The translations under genes were made by a program, and so were the position numbers. Shown piece by piece: positions 11,740 through 23,086 of a stretch of DNA of 64,000 nt. How positions within the stretch are numbered: position 1 is the stretch's first letter; every line of letters starts with the position of its first letter. The notes beneath the pieces were generated by a model that was given only the letters and a program-made list of their open reading frames with translations, made no database searches and was not told where the DNA came from. Source of the stretch: an uncultured Nitrososphaeraceae archaeon (lineage in GTDB: Archaea; Thermoproteota; Nitrososphaeria; Nitrososphaerales; Nitrososphaeraceae); contig CAVSMN010000008.1 in NCBI GenBank assembly GCA_963729045.1, positions 1-64,000 on the forward strand, given 5' to 3'.

Positions 11740-12667
11740 ATGAGTAAAGAAAAAATATTTGTCGAAAAAAAATTGAGAGGTTCTGGAGGATATGCAATTG
11801 CAAAGGTTAGTGACGACGAACAAAAGAAAGCAAATTTGGGTGGTCCTGAACTTTTTTTGGCAGGCATAGGCAAGTTAGATAAAGACAGATTTAAAAAATA
11901 TTATTGCAACAAATGTGAAAAAGAATATCAAGGAGCGCCTAATCTTGAATTTGAAAACCCCAACGAAGATTTGGGTGAGAACATAATATTAAAAGAAAAA
12001 GGAGAATACAAATGCAAAAACTGTGATTACATTATAGCACAATATAGAAAATTTGATGAATCAAAAGATAATACTAATCTTGAATCAAAAAAAGAAGTAC
12101 AAGAAGGAGGGAGGAAGAGAAGTAGAGCAAGAGAAGGACAGACTTGATGAAGTAATAGAAACAGAAAATAGAAACGAGAGCAAGAGCAATACGAGTAATT
12201 CTATCAATCAAACTGAAAACAACAATGATGATAAAGCCATTTCAGATGTGAAATCCACGTATGTGCATATTGAAAAAATAATTGGGATGTCAACTTATGA
12301 TAATAATGCACACTTAATTGGCAAAGTACAAGAAATTGGTTTAAGAAAATTATTAGATGGAAATGTTGAATTTAGTTTCAAGATAAAAAATTCAAACAAT
12401 GAAATTAAAGAAATAGAATGGAACAAGATTTCTAAAATAGGAGACATAATTATTTTGGCAGATCAAAATTCACCTAACGAGAATAAATCAAGAGGTTCTG
12501 GAAGTATTCATAACGTTAGTAGTGGTAATAGTAATACAGACATCAATGGTTCCTCATCCACATCGTCAACAACAGCAAAATTAGATGGTAAAACGTGTAG
12601 AAATTGCAAATACAATAATGAAGCGGAATCCATTTTTTGTGAAGAATGTGGCAAAAAATTGGAATGA
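11740..12667 (+). CDS. Zn-ribbon / PRC-barrel / Zn-ribbon protein, frameshift near 12105
   Basis: CNKC...CKNC; PRC-like IIGMSTYDNNAHLIGKVQEI...IEWNKISKIGDIIIL; C-terminal CRNC...CEECG. Confidence 0.7.
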
Positions 12668-12681
12668 AATAATTTATTTAT

Positions 12682-14815
12682 TTATTTTTTTAATCCAATC
12701 CTCACATCCACTACCCGTGAACCACGTCCTTCTTCTAGGACCAGTAACGGATTAATATCAAATTCTTCGATTTCTGGAAAATCTATGATTAGCTGAGATA
12801 ATCTTAGCAAGCAATCAACTACGGATGGAATATCTGATGATTTTTCACCTCTAACACCTTTCAATAAAGAAATTGTTTTGATTGAATCCACCATTTCCCT
12901 GGCTTCTGATTCAGAAATAGGAGCCAGTCTGAAATTTACATCCTTCAAAATCTCAACGTAGATTCCCCCTAATCCAAACATCAACAGTGGCCCAAATAAT
13001 TTGTCTTGTTTTGCACCAAGGATTAATTCTTTGGAATTGGTCACCATTTCCTGAATCAACACGCCTTCAATTCTTGCGTTTGGATTATAATTTTTTACAC
13101 TAGACATGATAGAATTATACGCATTTCGAACATCATCGGTATTTTTTAAACCAACTTTTACACCACCCGATTCTGATTTGTGAATAATGTCTTTTGAAGA
13201 TATTTTCATGACAACAGGATAACCAATTTCTATTGCAGATTTAACAGCATCATCTTCATTATTTACTAGCATACTTTTTGGAACTGGAAATCCATATGCT
13301 TGAAGTACAGCATAGCCCTCATCTTCCAAAAGATTTGTTCTGCCCTGTTCGTAAACGTTAGATATAACATCCTTAACCTTCTCCTTATTAACTGAGAAAG
13401 ATGGTATAGATTCTTTTTTGCTGTTTAACCAATTACTAAACCTATACATCGAATCTAATGTTCTAATGGCAGGTTCTGAATACATAAAATGAGGTACTCC
13501 TCCTTCTGACAATATAGATTTGTTTTCAACACCCTCAGCCAAACCCATTAATGCAGCTAGCATTGTCTTTCCACTATTCTTTGATGTTCGAATTATTGTT
13601 TTGGCTAATTCATTATAATCTAAAGTCGCAGATGGGGTACACATTGTTACTACAGACCCAACATTAGAATTAGACAATACTTCAATCAATACTTTTTCAA
13701 ACCTATTGAAATCCGCATCGCCTACTATATCAACAGGATTTCGTGAGGATCCATGCGGCGGGATAACTTTAGATATACTTTCCCTCGAATTAGAAATATC
13801 TGCCATTTGTATGTTATATTTGGAACAAGAATCGGTGGAAATGATTGCAGGTCCACCCGCATTAGAAACAATTACTACCCCCATATTATTCATTGGTAAA
13901 GGTTGTTTTGAAAAAGCAGTCGCTAATTCAAATAATTCCTGCATTGTATCTACCCGAATCACACCAGCTTGCTTAAATACAGCATCGTATACTTCGTCTG
14001 AACCCATCAATGCACCTGTATGAGACATTGCGGCTCTGGCGCCTTCCGGAGTCCTACCAGCTTTTAAAACAATAATTGGTTTTCTTTTTTCCAAAGTAAT
14101 TCTTTTAGAAGTATTCATGAACCGTACGGCCATCATGAATATCCTCTAAATACATCACAATTACTTTGGTATAAGGATCATCTTCTAATAATTCAAGTAT
14201 ATCAGTTTCATTCATATCCACCTTGTTTCCCATGCTAATTACTTTGGAAAATCCTATTCCCTGAGCTATTGCATCCTCTACCGTAGCTGCGCAAATAGCT
14301 CCACTTTGAGAAACAAGAGCTATTTCACCATGTTTAGGAGTAATTTTCAAAAATGTTAAGTTCATAAGATTTTGATCGGTAAGACTCATTATTCCAAGAC
14401 AATTGGGCCCTATTATTCTAATTCCATATTTTTTACCAATATCTTGTACTTGTTGTTCCAATTTTGCACCAGTTTCATCAACTTCTTTAAAGCCTGCAGA
14501 AACAATTATGCAAGATTTTATATTTTTTTTTCCTATTTCTTCCATAACTGCAGGAACGATTCTATTTGGGGTGGCGACTACCGCAAGGTCAATGTTGTCA
14601 TCTACATCAAGTACGCTTTTGTAGGCTTTTATGCCAGATACCGATGAACTAGTTGGGGTAATCGGATATATTTTTCCCCTATAGCCGCTCAATATATTGG
14701 AAAAAATAGCTTTACCTACTCCAGGTTTTTCTGATGCTCCTATTACAGCAATAGAAGATGGTGAAAGGAAAATGTTCTTTAAATTTTCATTACTCAATAA
14801 AAAAAAGTATATCAT
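12682..14815 (-). CDS. ADP-forming acetate/acyl-CoA ligase (alpha-beta fusion), frameshift near 14127
   Basis: CoA-binding IAVIGAS, IIGPNCLG, SQSGA; phospho-His SHTGALMG; ATP-grasp GYPVVMKISS..HKSESGGV, DINPL. In Thaumarchaeota this family includes the 3HP/4HB-CoA synthetases. Confidence 0.9.
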
Positions 14816-14880
14816 CTGGTTATAAAAATATTAAAAAAATTTAGTTTTTATATTAAAGAAATATTTATCATCATAGCTAA

Positions 14881-16258
14881 ATGTCTTCAAACAAGTTGAC
14901 CATAGATATTGATACTCATGGACTGATAAGCGATCTTCAGAAATTGATAAAAATTCCGAGTGTTTCTGCAAGAAAGCAAAACTTGGAAGAGTGTGCCAAG
15001 GAGATCGTTGCAATGATGAAAAGAATAGGAATCAACGCAGAGTTGATATATTTATGATGATCAGAAAAATTCTGCACCTCCTCCACTAGTTTATGGAGAA
15101 GTCAAATCCAAATCAAATCCAAATGGGAAGACTTTATTATTTTATAATCATTACGACGTACAACCAGAAGAACCTAGGGATTTATGGGAATATGAACCGT
15201 TTGAAGGTAAAGTAGAAGGGAATTTGATTTATGGGAGGGGTGCTTCCGACGATAAGGGTGAACTTGTAACCAGATTAAAAGCAATAGAGTTTTTTCTAAA
15301 ACAAAGAGGCGATGTTCCAATGAATATAAAATTTCTAATTGAAGGAGAAGAGGAGATTGGAAGCAAGAATATATCAAAATATCTAAAAAAATACAATACA
15401 AAATTCAAGACCGATGTAGTTATTTGGGAATTTGGATATATCGATCAGGAACAAAAACCCATTATCAGTTTGGGGATGAAAGGTCTTTTATACGTAGAAT
15501 TGACGGCACAAGGTGCCTCTAGAGATGTTCATTCTAGTTTAGCTGTTTTGATAGAAAATCCTGCTTTGAGAATTGTCCAAGCATTATCAACATTGGTCGA
15601 TAGAGAGGGAAATATTTTGATAAAGGATTGGTTTAAAGAAGTCAAAGAATTATCTGAAGAGGAAAGTTTGATCATAGACAGCGAGCCATTTGATGAAGAA
15701 AGTTTTAAGAAAGAATACGGAATAAGCAAATTTATCAATAATATTAGCGGGAAAAGAGTAAAGAAAGCTTTGACCAGTGAACCAACATGTAACATAGCTG
15801 GATTAAATTCGGGATACTCAGGACCGGGTGCAAAAACCATAACGCCTTCAAAAGCAATGGTAAAGATTGACTTTCGTTTGGTTCCAAATATGGACCCTGG
15901 TCTTCAGTTTAAAAGGCTAGAGAAACATCTAGTAGAAAACGGATTTGAGGATATCAAAGTCACGCTTATTCATGGAGAAGCCGCTGGAAGAACTGCATTA
16001 GATAATCAATATGTAAAAATAATTGAAAAATCTGCAAATGAAATTTTTGGAGATTCAATAATATCAATTTCATCTGCAGGTACTGGACCTATGTATGATT
16101 TTATTGATTTACTTAAAGCTCCTTGCATTTCAATTGGTGGGACCTACATATTTTCAAGGATACATTCGCCCAACGAATTTGCCAAGATCGACCTTCTTGA
16201 AAAAACTACAAAGTGTATGATAAAAATCATTGACAATATTTCGACGACTGTAACATGA
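14881..16258 (+). CDS. M20/M25/M40 family metallopeptidase (ArgE/DapE-like), frameshift near 15052
   Basis: N-terminus from ATG 14881 (LIKIPSVS), then YNHYDVQP, GRGASDDKG, EGEEEIGS, IHSPNE. Confidence 0.9.
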
Positions 16259-16308
16259 TACATTTTTTTGGATTTTACTTATAAGGATGAAACAAGCTTT
16301 TACTAATA

Positions 16309-17187
16309 TTGGGTTTTGAAGATAAGATAGAGAAAGACTATCTAGCAGATTGGAAAGAGACAGTTATTGAGAAAGTGCAAGAAAATGATGACATAGTAAA
16401 GATAACTGAATATGTACTTCATATTGCTAGAATTATCGATTATCCCAACCTGAAAATATCAGAATACATGAACATGATAAATGAGATGGGAAAAGAGTTA
16501 ACCTCCCAAATAAAAAATACAAAAGGTATGAGACCAACCCACATTATTGAAAAATTGAATGATTTTTTCTTTGATGATAAAAAATTTCAACCAAATATTA
16601 GTGATTATTATAACCCTGTCAATAATTATTTAAACATAGTATTAGAAAAAAGGACAGGAATTCCAATAACGCTATCATTAATCTATATCCACCTTGCTAG
16701 TTATATGGATTTTAAACTCCATCCCGTCAATTTTCCATCTCACTTTTTAGTCAAATATATACTAGACGAAGATTCGGACGAATCTATAGTAATTGATCCA
16801 TTCAACAAGGGTCGAATCATGGATGACTACGTCTTACAAGATCTTTTGAACAAGGCATATCCTAGGTCTACCATTTCTTTGTCTAGCGATTTGATGAAGA
16901 AGACAAATTCGCTACAAATCATAATCAGGGTCTTGAATAATTTGAAAAATGGATACATGGAAGTAGATGATTTAGACAAAATAATGAAAATAAACGAAAT
17001 GATTCTCTCCTTGGATAGCACTAGTTCTGAAGCACTCAGAGACAAAGGTATAATCCTATATAGAAATAAGGAATATCAGCAAGCTTTAGAAATTCTTTAT
17101 AAATATATAGATTTGAATCCAGAAGCAATCGACATTGATAGAATATTGGATTTAGTAAAGCAAATTAGAAATATACTTACAAAGTAG
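16309..17187 (+). CDS. SirB1-like (transglutaminase-like core) protein with C-terminal TPR
   Basis: YYNPVNNYLNIVLEKRTGIPITLSLIY, VNFPSHFLV, IDPFNKG; TPR-like ALRDKGIILY. Confidence 0.8.
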   Translation: MGFEDKIEKDYLADWKETVIEKVQENDDIVKITEYVLHIARIIDYPNLKISEYMNMINEMGKELTSQIKNTKGMRPTHIIEKLNDFFFDDKKFQPNISDYYNPVNNYLNIVLEKRTGIPITLSLIYIHLASYMDFKLHPVNFPSHFLVKYILDEDSDESIVIDPFNKGRIMDDYVLQDLLNKAYPRSTISLSSDLMKKTNSLQIIIRVLNNLKNGYMEVDDLDKIMKINEMILSLDSTSSEALRDKGIILYRNKEYQQALEILYKYIDLNPEAIDIDRILDLVKQIRNILTK

Positions 17188-17720
17188 ATTTGAAATTATA
17201 ATTGATATTGAAGATATTCTTAGAATGGTTAAATAAGGTATTTTTGCCTAGTCGGAATCATGTGACGACTGACCATGAATTTTCATTTCTCCATGTCATC
17301 TAGTTGTTTGTTAAATTATTAATATATTAAAGTCACAATCAATCAATCAATCCATCATAAAACGATACAGTAATTTCGTATACATATAATATATAAAAGC
17401 TTTAATTGAACAGAAAAAGAATCTATCCGAATTGATTGTCAAAATTGACATTTGGTATTCGAATTTTAGGAATACTACAATAGATTTTTCTGACATCCGA
17501 TTTGTATCAATCAACACATCCAATCATAATTGAGAATAGATCCAACTAATGATTAATAGTAAGTGGTAAAGAAACTCAAGATGCTACAAATATGATAAAT
17601 TTCGGTTGTAATAATAGATAAACCATCAAAAAGGATCAAAATGGAAACTCTATCTTGCATGTTATGTCCAAATGTAATCTATCTACTAATTTGTAAGTAA
17701 TCTAGTCAAACACAATAAAT

Positions 17721-17876
17721 TTAGATATTTTTATTTATTTTGAGAAACAGATCTTTAGCATTTTTTCTGGCTTCTTCAGTAATTTCTTCGTTAAAAATTG
17801 TATTGCTCAAAGAATCAAGTATTACTTGCCACTCTTTTTCGGTTAATTGAATACCCTTTTTATCAATATTACCCAT
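17721..17876 (-). CDS. Small hypothetical protein (51 aa), below the ORF-track cut-off
   Basis: ATG at 17876 to TAA at 17721: MGNIDKKGIQLTEKEWQVILDSLSNTIFNEEITEEARKNAKDLFLKINKNI, helical amphipathic pattern. Confidence 0.55.
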   Translation of the reverse strand: MGNIDKKGIQLTEKEWQVILDSLSNTIFNEEITEEARKNAKDLFLKINKNI

Positions 17877-18071
17877 GGTAAAATTTTTCAGTTTTCTGTA
17901 ATAAAATCTTATTTGCTTCTAATAGGTTGGCTTGCAAGTCTTCGAAAATGAATTAAACAGGGCAGTAATAATAATAGTAGCATTAATAATGATAACTAAC
18001 TAGTTTATTGAATTAAAATTAAGAATTAAAAAGGTATCAATTTCTAACCACTGGCTTTCTCAGATCTATTC

Positions 18072-18611
18072 TCAGGTTCTTTTCGATATTATGTAGAAAC
18101 CATGAGCAGAAATAATCAAAGCGGCCAAAGACATCTTTGTAGCAAATACCAAGTTCCACGGGGTATTAGGATTAGGATAGGGCATAAATAAATCATCCAA
18201 TCTTAATTCACCATTAACTAAGTCAGCAGTGATTAATGCGTTCCATATTATAAAATTATAAAAGAATTCATAAATTGAAATTATTAGTATTGCAAGAACT
18301 ATCAATTGCAAAATGGATCTTATACTTTTTGGGACATTTTTTACCTTATCTTCTCCGAGTTTAGTAACGCAATACCACGCTACCACAGAAACGATCATAA
18401 GATAGGTTACCAATTTTGCTAGCCCCTTTACTGGAAATTCGGTATTAACCAATACCTCCCCTATTATGACCTTTCCAGTATTCAAATATTCATAAAGACT
18501 CACATATAATGAATAAAATGTAATTGCAGCCATAACAAATGCACATAAATAAAAAATGACGAGATAAAATCTCCTAGAAAGAAGTTCGTCTTTTTCTATG
18601 GTTAATTTCAT
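18072..18611 (-). CDS. Hypothetical membrane protein (about 4 TM)
   Basis: Four hydrophobic segments. Confidence 0.7.
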   Translation of the reverse strand: MKLTIEKDELLSRRFYLVIFYLCAFVMAAITFYSLYVSLYEYLNTGKVIIGEVLVNTEFPVKGLAKLVTYLMIVSVVAWYCVTKLGEDKVKNVPKSIRSILQLIVLAILIISIYEFFYNFIIWNALITADLVNGELRLDDLFMPYPNPNTPWNLVFATKMSLAALIISAHGFYIISKRT

Positions 18612-18701
18612 TTACATTAGAACCGATTTAATAACCATTATAAAAATAGTATTTTATAGAGAGAAAACCCCAGTTTAAACTAATTCGTATAGTATTCTTG
18701 A

Positions 18702-19820
18702 TCACTGTAGATTCTCAAATGTTTTTAGAATTTTGTTAATATCGGTTTCAGTTATCAGCGGGTGAACAGGCAATGATAACACATGATTCCAAGCCCAAAC
18801 AGTATTAGAGAGAAAAGTATCAGAGTTAAGATCATCAGAGTGATTATAATAAGGAGTCTTATGTATCGGTGGATCATAATATACAGTAGCACCAATTTCT
18901 TCCCCAATAAGATTATTTTTGATCAACTCTCGTTGAGAATTTTCCTTGAACCCAATAGTAAAGAGGTACCAGTTGAATTTCTTATTCTCAGGTTCATGAG
19001 GCAATGTGAGTAAGCCTTTTTGTTCAAATTTCTTCAATCCATCAAGCAATAATTCAGCATTTGTTTTTCTCATTTGTAGCATCTTGTCTAGCTTTCGCAT
19101 TTGAGCAATTCCGATGGCAGCACTTACTTCGGGTAACCTCAAGTTCAGACCAAATATCTCCGTATCATACCCATTTACCATACCATGGTTTCTTATCATT
19201 AGCAATTTTTCATACAGACTGTCATCGTTAGTAACAATTGCCCCCCCTTCGCCAGTCGTGAGCACTTTACTGGCATAAAAACTAAAACAACCTAAATTTC
19301 CCATTGTACCAGTTTGTTTTTGATCATACAAAGAACCTAATGATTGACATGAATCCTCTACAACTTGTAATGAATTATCTTTTGCAATAGAATTGATCTC
19401 ATCCATATCAGAGGGATGACCGTAAAGATGAACTGGAATAATTGCTTTTGTGTTGTTATTAATTTTTTTTCCAATATCTGAAACGTCTATTGTGTAGTCA
19501 TTTTTGTTTATATCGACAAAAACAGGCTTTGCTCCAGTAGCAATAACTGAATTGGCCGTAGCTACAAAAGTAAAGGATGGAAGAAGTACTTCGTCGCCTG
19601 GTTTAACTCCCAAAGACAACAAAGAGGCATGTATAGCAGATGTTCCCGAATTAACAGCTATTACATGCTTCACTTTGAGATACGATTTTAAGAGATTCTC
19701 AAATGCTTGAACCCGTTTTCCACCATTCTTAGCTGGAGAAGTCAATGCATTTTCATCAAGTACATTCATGACTTCTTGTTTAGCATCATCATCCAACCAC
19801 GGCTTATTTATCGGAATCAT
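18702..19820 (-). CDS. DegT/DnrJ/EryC1/StrS PLP aminotransferase
   Basis: VNSGTSA, PVHLYG, VEDSCQSLG, FSFYASKVLTTGEGG. Confidence 0.92.
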   Translation of the reverse strand: MIPINKPWLDDDAKQEVMNVLDENALTSPAKNGGKRVQAFENLLKSYLKVKHVIAVNSGTSAIHASLLSLGVKPGDEVLLPSFTFVATANSVIATGAKPVFVDINKNDYTIDVSDIGKKINNNTKAIIPVHLYGHPSDMDEINSIAKDNSLQVVEDSCQSLGSLYDQKQTGTMGNLGCFSFYASKVLTTGEGGAIVTNDDSLYEKLLMIRNHGMVNGYDTEIFGLNLRLPEVSAAIGIAQMRKLDKMLQMRKTNAELLLDGLKKFEQKGLLTLPHEPENKKFNWYLFTIGFKENSQRELIKNNLIGEEIGATVYYDPPIHKTPYYNHSDDLNSDTFLSNTVWAWNHVLSLPVHPLITETDINKILKTFENLQ

Positions 19821-20195
19821 TATTTGATAATTATTAGCTAACAGATATAAAAATCAGTAATAAACGGAATTAAATAATTAGAAATGTATCAGTTTTGTTT
19901 AGTTCAGTATGTTAAAGCTCATCAATAAATATTAAAAAGACAAATCAAAAACCTAATCAAATTGTGATTGTGATATTCAAATATCATAAAAATACAAACT
20001 TTTGTAATGAACTAACCATTTATCGGGCAATACATAAAGATTGTAAAACGTTAACACTAGATTTTTTATGCCATTTTGTGATTAAGCACAAACCATGGTA
20101 TTCGGCGTAGAGGCAGAGGCCGTAATTTCTCCTAAATGGGTGAGGATACAATGTGTGTTAAAATATAATAGAGGGCAATAATAATTAATTTTAGT

Positions 20196-20335
20196 GCAGA
20201 TGTGGCAGAGTGGTCATCCTAATGCAGAATTATTAGGACCATAGTAATGCGTCGGCCTTGAGTCAATAACAAGGTAGATTAAAAGAAAGCCGATTCGCCG
20301 TATGGCGATCAGGAGTTCAAATCTCCTCATCTGCG
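20196..20335 (+). tRNA. tRNA-Ser(TGA) with a D-loop intron (~20217-20243) and an anticodon-loop intron (~20263-20287)
   Basis: Acceptor GCAGATG/CATCTGC plus G discriminator; anticodon stem TCGGC/GCCGA with CT-TGA-G; long variable arm TCGCC-GTAT-GGCGA; T-arm AGGAG-TTCAAAT-CTCCT; BHB core TGGT/ACCA around the D-loop insert. Confidence 0.88.
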
Positions 20336-20605
20336 CTGAAAATTTTTAATTTTGATTCATATGGTCTGCTAAATCCTCTTCATTTTCCAATTAAGGATGA
20401 AAAAGCATACGGTCTAAAAATATATGGACCAAATCAAAAGAAAAATAAAAATAAAAATCAATGGTTATGAGTTGTGGGTCAACCAGATAGAGAGTAGTTA
20501 GCAGTTAGCATAGTTGCCGCGGATATAGAAACATAAAGTACTCTAATTTGCTATAGAATAATATTTTATATTGACTATAATGCAACTTATAGGTCATAAG
20601 ATAAG

Positions 20606-21718
20606 ATGATGAATAAGTATGTAGTCATAGTAATTGGAATTATAGTTGTAATAATAAGTGCATTAACAATACTAAATACTCCCTCAGATACAACGATCCT
20701 TTTACCTTCACCGTACGCAGAAGATAGCGCTTCTGCTGTCAAAGTTATAGCGGATGGTTTAGAGTTTCCCACAGGTGTAGCAGTTTTACCTGATAAAAGA
20801 ATCGTAATAACAGAACAAACAGGAAAGACATTAATTCTCAATAGTAACGGATCTCAGTTGAATAATTACGAAGTAAAGGATAATTATTTTGATGAAGGCG
20901 CAGGATTATTAGGATTGGCAATTCATCCTCAATTTGTTAATAATCATTATTTGTATCTGTATTATACTTATAAAAATAATGAAAATCAGACATTCAACAA
21001 GGTTATACGATTACAAGAAAAAAATAACTCACTTAGTGAAACAGGGACAATAATCGATCATATACCGGCTTCAAAACTCCATAATGGTGGAGTATTAAAG
21101 TTTGGACCGGATGGAAAATTGTACATAGGTGTTGGAGATACTACAAATTCAGAGTTATCTCAGAATTTATCTAGTTTGGCAGGAAAAATACTCCGTATAA
21201 ACGATGATGGAACCACACCCAATGACAACCCATTTCCTAACTCTTCAATTTATTCCTATGGACATAGAAATGTTGTAGGTATTACGTGGGACTTTAACAA
21301 TAATACAATGTATGCTAGTGAAGCTGGCAGGATTGGAAATGATGAAATTAACGTAATCAAAGCAGGTGAAAACTATGGCTGGCCAATAGAAGAGTGTGGT
21401 AATTTAGAAGAAAGTTTATTCATTAATGCAGAATTTTGTTTTACGCCTTCTATATATCCCTCTGGAATTTTGATAAGCAATTCTACGGAACTAGATTACT
21501 ATGGAAAATTAATTGTGGCTACTTTAAAAGGGGAACATTTGAGAAGTATTGATCCTATATCAAAAGATCAATCTTCAATATTAACTGGATATGGTAAAAT
21601 CAAAGATGTGGCAGAAGATAGCGATGGATCATTATATCTGATAACAAACAATAGAGACTTTTTTGATAACGGTGGTGGTGCCGTCGATAAATTGTTAAAA
21701 ATAGTTAAAAATGAGTAA
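20606..21718 (+). CDS. PQQ-dependent glucose/sorbosone dehydrogenase family, N-terminal anchor
   Basis: GLLGLAIHPQF, HNGGVLKFGPDGKLYIGVGD, GKILRIN, YSYGHRN, DEIN...NYGWP. Confidence 0.9.
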   Translation: MMNKYVVIVIGIIVVIISALTILNTPSDTTILLPSPYAEDSASAVKVIADGLEFPTGVAVLPDKRIVITEQTGKTLILNSNGSQLNNYEVKDNYFDEGAGLLGLAIHPQFVNNHYLYLYYTYKNNENQTFNKVIRLQEKNNSLSETGTIIDHIPASKLHNGGVLKFGPDGKLYIGVGDTTNSELSQNLSSLAGKILRINDDGTTPNDNPFPNSSIYSYGHRNVVGITWDFNNNTMYASEAGRIGNDEINVIKAGENYGWPIEECGNLEESLFINAEFCFTPSIYPSGILISNSTELDYYGKLIVATLKGEHLRSIDPISKDQSSILTGYGKIKDVAEDSDGSLYLITNNRDFFDNGGGAVDKLLKIVKNE

Positions 21719-21720
21719 AA

Positions 21721-23001
21721 ATGAGTAAAAATTTGGATAAGAAAAAATTTAGAGATATGACTCATGAAGAAAGACTTCAATTTATCAAAGTAAAAACAAG
21801 CTTGGATGATAACGAAATTGATTTGTTTAGAAATACATCAATATTTAAATTTAATAATATCGATGGGATGATAGAAAACGCTATTGGAATTTTTCCACTC
21901 CCTATCGGAATAGCAAACAATTTTGTCATCAACAATAAGGGGTATTTAGTTCCGATGGCAATAGAAGAACCATCTGTGATAGCTGCTGCAAGCAACGCCG
22001 CAAAGATAGCAAGTAAAGGTGGAGGTTTTACGGCTCACGCAGATGATTCTATCATGATAGGGCAAATTCAATTAATCCCAAATAGCTCATACGATCAAAC
22101 AAGAGTTCAAAATTTAATTGAGTTGATATCAAATAATAAGATTGAAATAATATCTCTAGCAAATACTAAAAGCAAATTTGCGAAATGTTTAGACATTAAA
22201 ATTAAACAAGTCAATGATGAAAGCATAAACAAACTCGGACTGATGATAATAATAGAAATCATGGTAGATACCAAAGATGCAATGGGTGCAAATGTTGTTA
22301 ATACTATGTGTGAAGCTATTGCACCCGAAATAGAAGCATTAACAGGATGTAAGGTAATACTAAAAATTTTATCTAATTATGCGACGCAACGCCTAGTAAA
22401 ATGTAGAGCTGTATTTCCGACAGAATTAATTGGTGGAGAAGAAATTCTTAAAAGGATTTTATTTGCTTATTCACTAGCGTTCACTGACGTCCATAGAGCC
22501 GTTACTCATAATAAAGGAATTATGAATGGGATTGATAGTGTAGCAATAGCGACTGGTCAGGATTTTAGAGCTATTGAGGCAGGATGTCATGCATATGCGT
22601 GCAGAGATGGACGATATAGATCTTTGACTAAATGGTATCAAAATTCTAAAGGAGATCTCGTGGGAGAAATAGAAATTCCAATGGCGGTGGGAATAATTGG
22701 AGGGATAACAAACACACATCCTATCGTTAAAGCGTGTTTGAAATTAATGAATATATCAAATTCGCAGGAATTAGCAACCATTATTGCTGCTTCAGGATTA
22801 GCTCAGAATTTCTCAGCAATAAGAGCTTTATCTAACGAAGGTATTCAGAAGGGACATATGAAACTGCACTCAAAAAATATTGCAATAATCGCAGGAGCTA
22901 CAAATGACAAAATAGAAACGGTCTCCAGAAAAATGGTTGAAGAGAGAAATGTATCGGTTTCAAGAGCCAAGGAAATTCTAGAATCATTAAAAGAAAATTA
23001 G
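21721..23001 (+). CDS. mvaA: Hydroxymethylglutaryl-CoA reductase, class II
   Basis: ENAIG, EEPSV, DAMGAN, THNKGIMNG, GQDFRAIEAG, GIQKGHMKLH. Confidence 0.92.
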   Translation: MSKNLDKKKFRDMTHEERLQFIKVKTSLDDNEIDLFRNTSIFKFNNIDGMIENAIGIFPLPIGIANNFVINNKGYLVPMAIEEPSVIAAASNAAKIASKGGGFTAHADDSIMIGQIQLIPNSSYDQTRVQNLIELISNNKIEIISLANTKSKFAKCLDIKIKQVNDESINKLGLMIIIEIMVDTKDAMGANVVNTMCEAIAPEIEALTGCKVILKILSNYATQRLVKCRAVFPTELIGGEEILKRILFAYSLAFTDVHRAVTHNKGIMNGIDSVAIATGQDFRAIEAGCHAYACRDGRYRSLTKWYQNSKGDLVGEIEIPMAVGIIGGITNTHPIVKACLKLMNISNSQELATIIAASGLAQNFSAIRALSNEGIQKGHMKLHSKNIAIIAGATNDKIETVSRKMVEERNVSVSRAKEILESLKEN

Positions 23002-23086
23002 CATTATGACTCGGTAGAATAAAAAATCGGATTAATAAAACAAATAAACAACGTAATAATTAGTATATTCGATATAGGTATCAAAT

